Positions 55,090-64,000 of a DNA stretch of 64,000 nucleotides are shown here, piece after piece (positions within the stretch are counted from its first letter, which is position 1; every line of letters starts with the position of its first letter). The notes under the pieces were generated by a model. That model saw only the letters and a list, made by a program, of their open reading frames with translations, was not told the origin of the DNA and did not search any database. The position numbers and the translations under genes are program-made. The DNA is from Deltaproteobacteria bacterium (lineage in GTDB: Bacteria; Desulfobacterota; BSN033; WVXP01). The stretch is from NCBI GenBank assembly GCA_019308905.1, contig JAFDHF010000007.1, positions 6,533 through 70,532 of the forward strand, in the 5' to 3' direction.

Positions 55090-56134
55090 GAGCGACCGTG
55101 GTGAGAACTCCGTAATGATCCGAGGCATGGACACCGTCGACGGGACGGTCCAAGACGACCCTGCTTTCAAGGATCTGTTCGCTGTCAAAGGCAGAGTTCA
55201 GAAGGATATAGTCGATTCTCCGTGATTTTCTATCGTACTCTGCCCGCAAGCGGTCGTACACGGCTCTGGTTCCTCTACGAGACCGGCCTGAGATCTCCCA
55301 AAACCTGGTGTTCTCGTTGTTTTCACCATCCCAGGTAATCCCTGCCTTTTCCGGGTTGGCCACACGGTAGGTGTCCCAGAATCTTCCTTCCTCGAGGAGG
55401 CGGACCATGGGAGAGCTCTCCTCGGTCATGTTGAAGTCGCCGAGTAGGACAGTCGGCGCCGTGCCTGAGACGGTCTTCACAAAGTCGAGAATCCGCTCTA
55501 TCTCCATCTCCCGGCGCCGGAAGACCCGGCGCAGCGTGCGCAGACGTTTCTCGTAATCCCTCTTGGAGATCCTCTTTTCGTCACGCCAGCGTTCCATAAG
55601 GTCGAGGATCTCCCTTCCCTCTGGAGGTCCTGGATAGGTATGGGTATGGACGAGATACAGGGGGCTGCCCCGCACCAGTGCGACTCCGGCCATTACATGG
55701 CGGGAGTCGGTAAAGTGGAAGCAGAAGAGGTCTCCGTAGATTCCAAAGGGATCACCCGAGATCTGCCTAGCCCCGGCCCGTCGGAGACGGAACTCCCTTT
55801 TGGCAAGGATTACCAGGCCCATCTTGAGGTTGACGGGAATCCCCAGGCCTCCGATCTTAATACCCCCATTGTAGACCTTATGGATCTCGTCGTAGCCCAG
55901 ATCCCTGGCGAGCCTCCTGCCGTAGCCGGGGATGGGGTTTGCCTCCTGGACGGCGATGAAATCGGGCCGCAGCCCGGTGAGTTCCGAGAGGAGGATCTGG
56001 TAACGTTTTTCCCTTCTGCCGGAGGGTTCGAGAGGTCTCATCCACAGGATACCCCTCTCTTCGAGACCGAACCAGACGTTGAAAGTGAGGATCGAAAGGG
56101 TGTGGGAAGAGGAAGCGAGGGGCGAAGCTTTCAT
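55079..56134 (-). CDS. Endonuclease/exonuclease/phosphatase (EEP) family protein
   Basis: Motifs LTFNVW, DFIAVQEAN, LLGDFN and SDHYGV. Confidence 0.85.
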   Translation of the reverse strand: MKASPLASSSHTLSILTFNVWFGLEERGILWMRPLEPSGRREKRYQILLSELTGLRPDFIAVQEANPIPGYGRRLARDLGYDEIHKVYNGGIKIGGLGIPVNLKMGLVILAKREFRLRRAGARQISGDPFGIYGDLFCFHFTDSRHVMAGVALVRGSPLYLVHTHTYPGPPEGREILDLMERWRDEKRISKRDYEKRLRTLRRVFRRREMEIERILDFVKTVSGTAPTVLLGDFNMTEESSPMVRLLEEGRFWDTYRVANPEKAGITWDGENNENTRFWEISGRSRRGTRAVYDRLRAEYDRKSRRIDYILLNSAFDSEQILESRVVLDRPVDGVHASDHYGVLTTVALKP

Positions 56135-56182
56135 AATCCAGCGAAGAGTCGCGAGATGGAGTCGCGGATCTTAAGGGGAGCC

Positions 56183-57160
56183 TTACACGAAGAGGGCATC
56201 GGCCACCCTCTCCACCATGGGTAGTCCCTTGACCTCCTTCTCGAAGAGCGGTGCCTCCCCGCAGAAGTTGTCAAAGGAGCGGGTAATCTCTTCTCTGTAT
56301 CTCTCCTGCATGGCGATCCGATTACGAATGAACTCGGCCGTATTTTCGTCTATTTCGGATTTATCGATCACCTCATTGACGATGACCCCTCCGATGGGGA
56401 TGCCGAAATCCTTGAACCATCCGATGAAACGTTTGATCACGGCTATGGGGAGGCTTTCGAGGAGGGTCACGAAGAAGAAGGCGGTCTTTTCCTGGTCGGT
56501 GAGGAGTCCCCTCATCTTCTCGATTCTGTCCCGGAAGGTGATCAGATAGTCGAGCAGGGGATCCCGTTCATCCTCCGGTTTCTTCTTTCGGAAAGAGAGG
56601 CTGAGTCTCATCTGCCGGGCTTCTTCGCGGCTCTTGTACATCTTGTTCACCCAGAGGGCGTAGACCTTTGACATCCCGAGGAGCCTCCTGGCGTTGGCCG
56701 TTGGGGCCGTATCGAAGATGTACACCTCGTATTCGTCCTCAAAGATGATATTGATCATATTCTCGAACATGGCTGATTCTTCAAAGGCGGGATTCATGGT
56801 GGCTGACTCCACGAAATCCTCGGCCTTGGTGGGTATATCGGCGAATTTCAGAAACCAGGCAATCTTGTCCTTGATGTCGTTCTTGGATCTCTGAATGGTT
56901 TCCGACGTGTCGATTTCACTCGCATACAGGTTGGGCGCCCCTTTCACGGCGACCGGTTTGCCGAATACGTTCTGCTCGAGGAGGTTTGACAGGCTGTGTA
57001 CCGGGTTGGTGGAGGCGAGGAGTGTCTTCTTCCCCTGTCGAGAAAACCACAGCGCCGTCGCACCTGCGACTACGGTCTTGCCTACCCCCCCCTTGCCGCC
57101 GAAATACAGATACCGGAGATTTGGGTGGTCGTGGAAGAACTCTTTCATGGTGAAGTTCAT
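56183..57160 (-). CDS. ArsA/GET3-family P-loop ATPase, half-size (copy 1)
   Basis: Deviant Walker A GGKGGVGKT, STNPVHSLS (DPAHS-like) and FDTAPTANARRLL (DTAPTGH-like). Its ATG at 57160 overlaps the stop of copy 2 (ATGA). Confidence 0.88.
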   Translation of the reverse strand: MNFTMKEFFHDHPNLRYLYFGGKGGVGKTVVAGATALWFSRQGKKTLLASTNPVHSLSNLLEQNVFGKPVAVKGAPNLYASEIDTSETIQRSKNDIKDKIAWFLKFADIPTKAEDFVESATMNPAFEESAMFENMINIIFEDEYEVYIFDTAPTANARRLLGMSKVYALWVNKMYKSREEARQMRLSLSFRKKKPEDERDPLLDYLITFRDRIEKMRGLLTDQEKTAFFFVTLLESLPIAVIKRFIGWFKDFGIPIGGVIVNEVIDKSEIDENTAEFIRNRIAMQERYREEITRSFDNFCGEAPLFEKEVKGLPMVERVADALFV

Positions 57161-58140
57161 GTCCTCTCCTCCCCGAACATGACCCTGGCCATCCGTTCTA
57201 TGGTCTCGAGGCCTTTGATCTCGTTGTCGAACTCCGGGACCATGGCGAGAACCCTGCCGCCAAACCTCTCTCTTATGGTGTTCAGACACGTCCTCTGCAT
57301 CTCGATCCTGTTTCTCAGGTACTCCGGAATTCTCTCCTTCTCCAGGTCCTGGGAGATGACTCGATTGACAAGATAGCCGGTCAGAGGAACGTTGAATTTT
57401 GCAAAGAGCCCAGCCGCTTTGATCGTATCATCGATCACCATGTCTTCTGGGGTGAGAACAAAATAGAAGGCCGTCTTCTCCGTATCGGTCATGATTCTGG
57501 AGGAGGCGCCGATCCTGTTCTTGATGTAGAGAAGCTCTTCATAGATTGCGTCTTCCTCGGTCTGTTTTTCCCGCCGCATGGTTGCTATGACCGAGTCATA
57601 CTCTCTCATCTGTTCTCTCAGGCCGGTGATCTTCTGTAGCCATGCGTCGTAGATCGACCCCATGCTGAGGTAGTAGAGGGCGTGGCCCAGGGGGACCAGA
57701 TCATAGATATAGTAGTCATACCCTCCCTGGATCACGATATCGACTACGGCGTCGAATATGGCGCTCTCCTCCATGGCAGGTTCGGCAGAGGCAGCCTCTA
57801 TGTAATGTTCGATCTCCTCTGGAATCTTCTCCATTCCGTACATGTCGATGATTTTCTGGCGGATTTCTTTCTGATAGTCCTTGATCCGGCGGTCCGCGTC
57901 GATCTCCTGTGCATAGAGGTTCGGGATGATCTCGACGGCTCCCTTGCCGAAAATGTCTCTTTCGAAGATATCGCTCAGCGAAGCCTGGGGATCCACTGAG
58001 AATACGAGAACCCTCTTGCCCTGTTTTGCCAGCCAATAGGCCGTGGCCGCCGAGAACGTGGTCTTGCCCAGCCCTCCCTTCCCGCCGTACATTACATACC
58101 TGCGATTGGGATATTTCTGAAACATCTCAGCCAGAGACAT
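57157..58140 (-). CDS. ArsA/GET3-family P-loop ATPase, half-size (copy 2)
   Basis: Motifs GGKGGLGKTT, SVDPQASLS and YDLVPLGHALYYL. AAAGGAGG RBS. Confidence 0.88.
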   Translation of the reverse strand: MSLAEMFQKYPNRRYVMYGGKGGLGKTTFSAATAYWLAKQGKRVLVFSVDPQASLSDIFERDIFGKGAVEIIPNLYAQEIDADRRIKDYQKEIRQKIIDMYGMEKIPEEIEHYIEAASAEPAMEESAIFDAVVDIVIQGGYDYYIYDLVPLGHALYYLSMGSIYDAWLQKITGLREQMREYDSVIATMRREKQTEEDAIYEELLYIKNRIGASSRIMTDTEKTAFYFVLTPEDMVIDDTIKAAGLFAKFNVPLTGYLVNRVISQDLEKERIPEYLRNRIEMQRTCLNTIRERFGGRVLAMVPEFDNEIKGLETIERMARVMFGEERT

Positions 58141-58294
58141 GCCAACCTCCTTTGAACCTCATCGGAGAGACGGGAAACCCTCCGAGTGGGCTGGAAGCCC
58201 GTGCGGAATCTCCCGGGCCTCTCTCTGCTGATGGGGGAACCGTCGTGGGCAAGCCGATTCACACGGGCAGGAAGACGGTCCTTGTCTTCCGCTT

Positions 58295-58588
58295 CTAGTA
58301 CATAGAATCCATCAGATCCTTTTCCCTGAGCATCCGCCGTTTCCAGGTGGAGATCTGGGGAACAACATAAGGCAGGAGCCGAAGGGAGTAATAGGGCGGC
58401 AGCACGGGAACTCCGAGCATGTCACCCATGGTGATGAGGATGAAGAGGTGCTCCATGCTGGACCGCGTCTTAAGAGCCTGACGGGCCATACCGTGGGTTG
58501 CCATGCCGTAAGTGAAATCCCTGAAAAATCCAACAAACTTGCTACCCAAGCTCTCCTTTTCCTTTTCAGGAGGTGCCTTTTCCGCCAT
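58295..58588 (-). CDS. Small hypothetical protein, paralogue of 58637-58897
   Basis: 97 aa. Shares DF.YG...HGM ... LF.L...G...G.P..P..Y.LRL.PY ... WKRR.L with its neighbour. Confidence 0.6.
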   Translation of the reverse strand: MAEKAPPEKEKESLGSKFVGFFRDFTYGMATHGMARQALKTRSSMEHLFILITMGDMLGVPVLPPYYSLRLLPYVVPQISTWKRRMLREKDLMDSMY

Positions 58589-58636
58589 CTCAGCTTTTCC
58601 CCCTCATCGTCAGAGTATGCCGACACGATCGAGTGA

Positions 58637-58897
58637 TCAATCCCGCACCATGTCGAAGATATCCCTCGGCTTGAGAACTCTCCTCTTCCACCGGGGGAAC
58701 CGCCCAGCACAGTATGGTACGAGTCTCAAATGGTAGATCCCGGGAAAGAGTGGCAGACCGACTGTTTCCCCGAGTACGAGGAGCGTGAAAAGGTCCTCCG
58801 CGTCGGCCTTCTCTTCGTGGACTTCCTGTACCATACCGTGAAGAAGGAAGCCGTATAGAAAATCCTTGACCCCTTGAAGCAGTTCGTGCCTCTTCAT
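58637..58897 (-). CDS. Small hypothetical protein, paralogue of 58295-58588
   Basis: 86 aa with the same conserved pattern as its neighbour. Confidence 0.6.
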   Translation of the reverse strand: MKRHELLQGVKDFLYGFLLHGMVQEVHEEKADAEDLFTLLVLGETVGLPLFPGIYHLRLVPYCAGRFPRWKRRVLKPRDIFDMVRD

Positions 58898-58988
58898 CCG
58901 GCTTTTTCCATGCCCCCTCAGGTAGCCGCTGGAACGCTCTCCGTCAATAGAATAAAACTTATTGAAATCAAATGCAAGATTGAGGCAA

Positions 58989-59006
58989 GGGGGGGTGTCC
59001 CCCCCC
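58989..59006 (-). terminator. G7/C8 hairpin downstream of cstA
   Basis: GGGGGGG-TGT-CCCCCCCC, 28 nt after the cstA stop. On the minus strand it is followed by TTGCCTCAATCTT, a weak T tract. Confidence 0.45.
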
Positions 59007-59033
59007 TTTCAGGTCCCTTTGATCCAGCCGTCC

Positions 59034-60707
59034 TCAGGCCTTCGCTTCTGCCGCTTCGGCCGGGGTCTTGCCGTATTCGGCCTTATACTTCTGGAAGGCC
59101 TTGTACCCGTCCCAGGCGAGGATTACGGCAAGGATGATGAGCAGGATGCCGCAGCCGCCGGACAGCAGATTCCCGAAGATCTTTCCCCCCGTGACCTTGC
59201 CCGTGAAAACCGCAGGAAGGAGCTTGAAGAAGGATGTGTAGAACAGGGCTGCCACGGTGGTCGCGTACATGAAGAACATGGGGTAGATGGCGATCCTGTA
59301 GTTCTTCCCCTTGGAGACCAGGTAAAGAGTGACCAGAAGCAGGGCCAGGGATGCCATCATCTGATTGGCTCCTCCGAAAAGAACCCAGATGTAGAGCCAA
59401 GTGCCGGTCTTGATCAGGACGAAAGCGATGATCAGCGCGGCGACCGTCGCCACGTGGTGGTTCTTGGCAATGCCGATCTTGTCTCCCAGCAGTTCGATGG
59501 TGGCAACCTTCATGAATCGGAAAACCAGGTTGACGATGGTGAGTGCGAGGATGAGGATCATTGCCCCGGAGACCGACTTTGCATAGGAGGCGGGTATTCC
59601 GATGGCCCCCATGGCCCCCCCCAGGCCTGCCGTAAAGATGCCCACGGGGTTCTTGAGTGCTGCCAGGTACCCGGCCTTATCGGCAAATGCCGTGGCACAC
59701 ACGATCATGGCGATAATTGCGATGGTAAACTCCGCGAACATGGCACCGGCCGTTACGGGCCTCACGTCCATTTCGTTCTCTATCTGACGGGATGTGGCCG
59801 TACTCGAGACGAGACTGTGCCACCCGGAGATAGATCCGCACGCTATGGTGACGAAAAGAAGCGGCCAGAGGGGGCCTATGCCGATGCTCCAGTTGGTAAA
59901 GGCTGGAAGGGTCATCGGCTTGGCGCCCACGAGGATGCCGAGAACACCGGCGATGATGCCGAAATAGACGACATAGACCGAGGAGTAGTTGTATGGCTGG
60001 ATGAACATCCAGACCGGGAGGATGGCGCTGAAGTATGCGAAGATGCAGATGCACACGAGAAACGTCGTGTAGGAGGCTTTGATGGGCAGGTAGTTCCCGA
60101 TCCAGATCGATGCAAAAATCAGGACAATCGCTAGAATCGTCGTGGCGATGATATTGACCTTTGCCCGATATATCATCTGGCCCACCAGAAAACTGACCCC
60201 CACCACCACGAGCAGTGGAAATGGAAGGGCTGGATTGCCCACGAGGCCCTTTGTGATGACATGGCCAAAGGCGGCGGCCACGAGCAACAGATAGAAATAG
60301 ATAAAGGTCAGAAGAATGCCCCTGGCCCGGGGAGATATCAGCTTGTAGCTGATTGCGCCGAAGGTCTCCCCATCGTGCCGGATCGACACCATGGCACTGG
60401 AATAGTCGTGGATCCATCCGATGAAGAGGACCCCTAATCCCAGCCAGAGCATAGTGGGCAGCCATCCCCATTGGAGGGCCACGATGGGACCGATAATAGG
60501 AGCCGCACCTGCGATTGAATTGAGCTGAAATCCGAAAAGGACGTTCTTGTTGGCCGGCATGAAGTCGACACCGTCCATATACATCTTGGCAGGTGTGGCC
60601 TTGTTGGGATCCGCCTTGTAGACGTTGCGGCTCACCCATCGCGCATACACCCAATAGCCGACGATGACGATGACAGCCCAGAAAACGAGTACCCACAGAG
60701 AGTTCAT
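59034..60707 (-). CDS. cstA: Carbon starvation protein A (CstA-family peptide/pyruvate transporter)
   Basis: 557 aa polytopic membrane protein with a CstA-type N-terminus (VIVIVGYWVYARWVSRNVY). AAGGAAAGGAGGA RBS. Confidence 0.9.
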   Translation of the reverse strand: MNSLWVLVFWAVIVIVGYWVYARWVSRNVYKADPNKATPAKMYMDGVDFMPANKNVLFGFQLNSIAGAAPIIGPIVALQWGWLPTMLWLGLGVLFIGWIHDYSSAMVSIRHDGETFGAISYKLISPRARGILLTFIYFYLLLVAAAFGHVITKGLVGNPALPFPLLVVVGVSFLVGQMIYRAKVNIIATTILAIVLIFASIWIGNYLPIKASYTTFLVCICIFAYFSAILPVWMFIQPYNYSSVYVVYFGIIAGVLGILVGAKPMTLPAFTNWSIGIGPLWPLLFVTIACGSISGWHSLVSSTATSRQIENEMDVRPVTAGAMFAEFTIAIIAMIVCATAFADKAGYLAALKNPVGIFTAGLGGAMGAIGIPASYAKSVSGAMILILALTIVNLVFRFMKVATIELLGDKIGIAKNHHVATVAALIIAFVLIKTGTWLYIWVLFGGANQMMASLALLLVTLYLVSKGKNYRIAIYPMFFMYATTVAALFYTSFFKLLPAVFTGKVTGGKIFGNLLSGGCGILLIILAVILAWDGYKAFQKYKAEYGKTPAEAAEAKA

Positions 60708-60913
60708 CTTTCAATCCTCCTTTCCTTCGACGCCTTGCAACAAAGCTCGGTAAAGGGAAACCAGATTGAACCCGCCGGGGAATTACTCCCCTTTCTTTAC
60801 GGAACCCTGCTTCAGGGCGAGAGCCAACCAAAGGGAGACCCATCACCTCCTTCTTCCTGATTTTACCGAGACAACCGGCCTTTCCCCGCCCCCACAGGGA
60901 ACAACAAAAGGTA

Positions 60914-60942
60914 TCGTAAAGCAGAATTTGAAAGTTGTCAAT
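60914..60942 (-). promoter_or_regulatory. Sigma70-type promoter of cstA
   Basis: On the minus strand: TTGACA (60942-60937), 17 nt spacer, TACGAT (60919-60914). Implies a leader of about 200 nt. Confidence 0.5.
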
Positions 60943-61141
60943 GATTGTGTTACCTTATGGCTCGATCATCCGTCCATGGGGGTCGATCCAGGGGAACGTC
61001 TTCGGGTCATGGGATCCATCGCCCGTCTGACGGGCAAAAGGTGGCCTGGGACGCCTCTTCCGTTGGCTTCCACGGGTGGTCGTCATGGGGAAGCCGCAAT
61101 CAGGATTTGTTCCATGCCAAGTAGATGCGGAGGAAGGATGG

Positions 61142-61660
61142 ATGGAAGGTCTAAAGACCGTTGCAGAGTTGATGGCCGTCGCGGCTCGGACCGCTCCAAA
61201 AAGTGCCGGCCAGGATTTTGTGGAGATCAGGATTCTTACGGGTGATGAGCTTCTGAAGCTGGCAGAAGGGATGGTCCGTTTCGGTGAGGAGAGGGGGAAA
61301 CGGAACTTCGACCGCGACGCAAGAAACGTTCGGGACAGTGAGGTTGTGGTTCTCATCGGCCTTAAAGACGCCAGGGTACCCGGTCTCGACTGTGGTGCGT
61401 GTGGCTATCCCACATGCAAGGCCTTTGAGAAAGCCGAGGTGGTGGACGTGGAGTTCAAAGGCCCGCTGTGTGCTTTCCGTCTGCTGGATATGGGGATTGC
61501 TCTTGGATCTGCCGTCAAGACGGCAGGGCTCCTCAACGCGGACAACCGGATCATGTATCGCATCGGGACCGTGGCTCGCAGCATGGGCCTTTGCGACTGG
61601 GACTACGTGATGGGTATCCCCCTGTCGGCCACGGGCAAAAGCATCTACTTCGATCGGTAA
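61142..61660 (+). CDS. DUF2148-type ferredoxin-domain protein
   Basis: GLDCGACGYPTCKAF cluster motif. The ATG at 61142 follows GGAGGAAGG. The maximal ORF starts at the GTG at 61076. Confidence 0.7.
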   Translation: MEGLKTVAELMAVAARTAPKSAGQDFVEIRILTGDELLKLAEGMVRFGEERGKRNFDRDARNVRDSEVVVLIGLKDARVPGLDCGACGYPTCKAFEKAEVVDVEFKGPLCAFRLLDMGIALGSAVKTAGLLNADNRIMYRIGTVARSMGLCDWDYVMGIPLSATGKSIYFDR

Positions 61661-61711
61661 GTGAGGCTGCAGACCCGCCGCCCCTGGAAAAGAGGCAACT
61701 CGAGGGGCGGG

Positions 61712-64000
61712 TCAGGTCCTCTTCTTAGAGATGCCGTTCAGGACCTTTACCGGGGCTATCCACCTCCGCTTGCTCTTGACCATCATTATGGGAGTTTCGC
61801 AGTTCTTGGCCACCTCTTCCACCAGGTTGCCGAAAACCATCTGCTTGAAGAAGCGGTACGGACTGGCCCCGATTACAACGAGCTCATGGCGGGCGGCCTC
61901 CTGGGAGATAGTGGCCAGTACGCTTTCGGATTCGACGATCTTAACGTCTATTCTTCCTCTCGGAAGCTTCTCCGAGGCGATCATGGCCTCGATTGTCTTC
62001 TCTATCTTCTGCTTCGGATTGCCCGGTCTCAGTACATGAAAAGCCGTAATCCTCGAATCCGGATGTTCGAGGAACATGTTGGCTACCCTGAGGGCCATGT
62101 GGCCGTGATAGCCTCCTGCAACGGGCACCAGAATGCGGCTCACCGGGCGGTACCGTCCGAGTCGAATAACGATGGAGTCACAGGGGGCCTTTTCGAGGAT
62201 CGGGTCGATGGTACTGCCGAGAACATAATCCTGGAGAAGGGACCTGCCCCGCCAGCCGAGTATGATCAAGTCGGATTTTTGTTCGTGTATGGCGTTCACA
62301 ATCCCCCTGGGGATGCTTCTGCAGTATTGAATGGACGTGCTCACGGGGACATCCGGCGGCACGTAAAGAGAGGCTTCGACAAAGGCCTCGTGTCCCACAT
62401 CGAGGTATCTCTCAGCATCCGAAAGGGGTGTCTGCTCCGGGATAGGCACCATGTGTAGAAGGCTGATTTCGCCGTAGTGATACCGGGCGATTTTCACCGC
62501 ATAGGTGACAAGCTGAATGGCGTTTTCCGGGTTGGCTATGGGCAGCACGATCCTGTAAGGCCGCCTGGCCTCGGCCTTTTCCTCCTCCAGCACTACGATT
62601 CTGAAGACGGTGTCCTCACACCGTGTCTTGGAGTAGAGATTGAAGATCAGGAAGGATGCTGTGAGCCATACACCGGAAACGACCCATGCAACCACACTCA
62701 TGTGGATGAGCCAGACCGCCAGAAATATCTGCATGGCAATGGCGAACATGGGAAGGACTGGGAAGAGGGGCATGACGAACCCGTAGGTGAGTTCGTCGCC
62801 GTACTCGTTCCTTATCTTGATGACCGCTATGTTTACCAGAAAGAAGAGGAGGAGGAACATGATGTCGGCACTGGCTGCCACGTCTTCGGCAGGCAGAGCG
62901 ACTACGATGCCGATGACCAGGACGGCGGTGGCCAAGAGGGCGATGTTGGGGATCTTCCTTTTTGGATGAATCCGGGAAAAGACCGCCGGCAGCATTCTGT
63001 CCCTCCCCAGGGCGTAGGAGACCCTCGTGGCGGAGTAGATCGTTGCGTTGAGAGCAGAGGTGCTTGAAAACACAACGGCGACGATGACCAGGATCCCTCC
63101 ATAGGGAAGGAGCCTCGCAATGGCTTCGCCGAAGCCGGTCGGTCCGTACCTGCCTATCCATTGCCATGCTTCCACCCCCACGCCCCTTACCGCCACCACC
63201 GTGGCAAAAGAGACCGCGAGGTACGTGGAAACGACAATGAGGAGAGAAAAGAGGATAGCCTTGGGAAGATTCTGCCTGGGATCGATGGCTTCGTCGCCGG
63301 TCTGGACGATCACCTCGAACCCCTCGAAGGCCACGTAAGTGAACCCCATCATCACCAGGACCTTACCCCAGCCATTGGGTAGAAACGGGTGGAAGTTGTT
63401 CAACCGCGAGGGGTCTTGATAGACAATCCAGAATCCCGCAAGGCCGATAAAGCCCATGGTGAGGGTCTGGCCCAGGGTCATGATACTCCCCGCAAGCCCT
63501 GTCTCGGAGGCCCCCCGATAGTTGATGTAGACGAAAGTGAGTGCAACGGCCACGGCGACCATCTTTGTGAGAAGAGAGAGGGGGATCGGCACCTCCCCCA
63601 GGATTCCCATCCCCTGCAGAAAATGGACGGTGTAAGTTGCAAAGGCAACCGAATAGATGCCGCCGGCCACGGAAGAGGCGAACCATTCGATCCACCCCGC
63701 CAAGAAGCTGACCCCCTTGCCGTAGGAGATCCTCGCGTAGTTATATGCCCCCCCGGCCCTGGGGATGGCGGAGGAAAGCTCTGCATAGGAGAGAGCCGTG
63801 ATCAGGGCGATCAGTCCGTTGAGGGCGAAAGTCACCAGTACCCCCCCTGGTCCGGCCTCACCGATGGCTATCCCGGTCCCGACGAAAATCCCCCATCCGA
63901 TCATCATACCGACGCCCATCATGGTGATGTGGAAAAGGGAGAGTTCGCGGGAAAGCTCGGTCTTGACAGGATGGGAGGTCTGGTCCGAAGTCTCATCCAT
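61712..64000 (-). CDS. APC-superfamily amino-acid permease fused to two C-terminal universal stress protein (USP) domains. The start coincides with the window edge and may extend beyond it.
   Basis: About 440 aa of 12-TM APC-like sequence (GVGMMIGWGIF..., YAELSSAIPRAGGAY) followed by two USP-like alpha/beta units (ILLPIANPEN..., ILVPVAGGYH...). Confidence 0.85.
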   Translation of the reverse strand: MDETSDQTSHPVKTELSRELSLFHITMMGVGMMIGWGIFVGTGIAIGEAGPGGVLVTFALNGLIALITALSYAELSSAIPRAGGAYNYARISYGKGVSFLAGWIEWFASSVAGGIYSVAFATYTVHFLQGMGILGEVPIPLSLLTKMVAVAVALTFVYINYRGASETGLAGSIMTLGQTLTMGFIGLAGFWIVYQDPSRLNNFHPFLPNGWGKVLVMMGFTYVAFEGFEVIVQTGDEAIDPRQNLPKAILFSLLIVVSTYLAVSFATVVAVRGVGVEAWQWIGRYGPTGFGEAIARLLPYGGILVIVAVVFSSTSALNATIYSATRVSYALGRDRMLPAVFSRIHPKRKIPNIALLATAVLVIGIVVALPAEDVAASADIMFLLLFFLVNIAVIKIRNEYGDELTYGFVMPLFPVLPMFAIAMQIFLAVWLIHMSVVAWVVSGVWLTASFLIFNLYSKTRCEDTVFRIVVLEEEKAEARRPYRIVLPIANPENAIQLVTYAVKIARYHYGEISLLHMVPIPEQTPLSDAERYLDVGHEAFVEASLYVPPDVPVSTSIQYCRSIPRGIVNAIHEQKSDLIILGWRGRSLLQDYVLGSTIDPILEKAPCDSIVIRLGRYRPVSRILVPVAGGYHGHMALRVANMFLEHPDSRITAFHVLRPGNPKQKIEKTIEAMIASEKLPRGRIDVKIVESESVLATISQEAARHELVVIGASPYRFFKQMVFGNLVEEVAKNCETPIMMVKSKRRWIAPVKVLNGISKKRT

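Noticed and set aside
58962-60846. 390-aa (plus) and 389-aa (minus, off-frame) ORFs across cstA
   Set aside because: The CstA frame gives a coherent polytopic membrane protein, and the alternatives are Arg/Gly/His-rich. Only the first few codons of the minus-strand off-frame ORF are of interest, as a possible uORF (see findings).

Overview
This is a GC-rich, gene-dense chromosomal window with about 60 supportable CDS. Many neighbouring genes overlap by 4 nt (ATGA), which suggests translational coupling. The gene content looks like a strictly or facultatively anaerobic bacterium. A Desulfobacterota or deltaproteobacterial-type lineage is my guess only, based on FixABCX/ETF, molybdoenzymes, MttB homologues and a CIRCE site on rpoH. 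By eye I found no rRNA, tRNA, CRISPR array, transposase, integrase or phage genes. The long ORFs antisense to real genes are GC-driven artefacts. The main blocks are as follows. (1) 126-13776, minus strand: an FAD oxidoreductase, a polyferredoxin, two paralogous cytoplasmic Mo/W-bis-PGD (MopB) oxidoreductases each followed by a non-pyrrolysine MttB-family gene, then a Pot-type ABC importer. No corrinoid partner is present, and this is my best candidate for an undescribed system. (2) trmO-argH and a HAD phosphatase. (3) A CUT1/Ugp-like ABC importer without an ATPase, a metallophosphoesterase and a G1P-dehydrogenase-related enzyme. (4) 23234-35140, minus strand: a family-III CoA-transferase, a CaiA-like acyl-CoA dehydrogenase, EtfBA, FixCX, a membrane protein, a second ACAD, an SDR, a HAD and an HMGL-like synthase. 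(5) Housekeeping genes: rpoH with a perfect CIRCE operator, a LysM protein, and dprA-topA-trmFO. (6) A small CxxC ORF with an in-frame TGA followed by KGC, a downstream hairpin and an ATGA overlap with the next gene, making it a candidate selenoprotein. (7) An Mla-type lipid transport operon headed by an anti-sigma-type kinase and a phosphorylatable STAS protein. (8) Two tandem half-size ArsA/GET3-like ATPases preceded by two small paralogous ORFs, next to cstA. (9) A DUF2148 ferredoxin and an APC permease fused to USP domains. All functional calls come from motif recognition by eye, and no database search was run.
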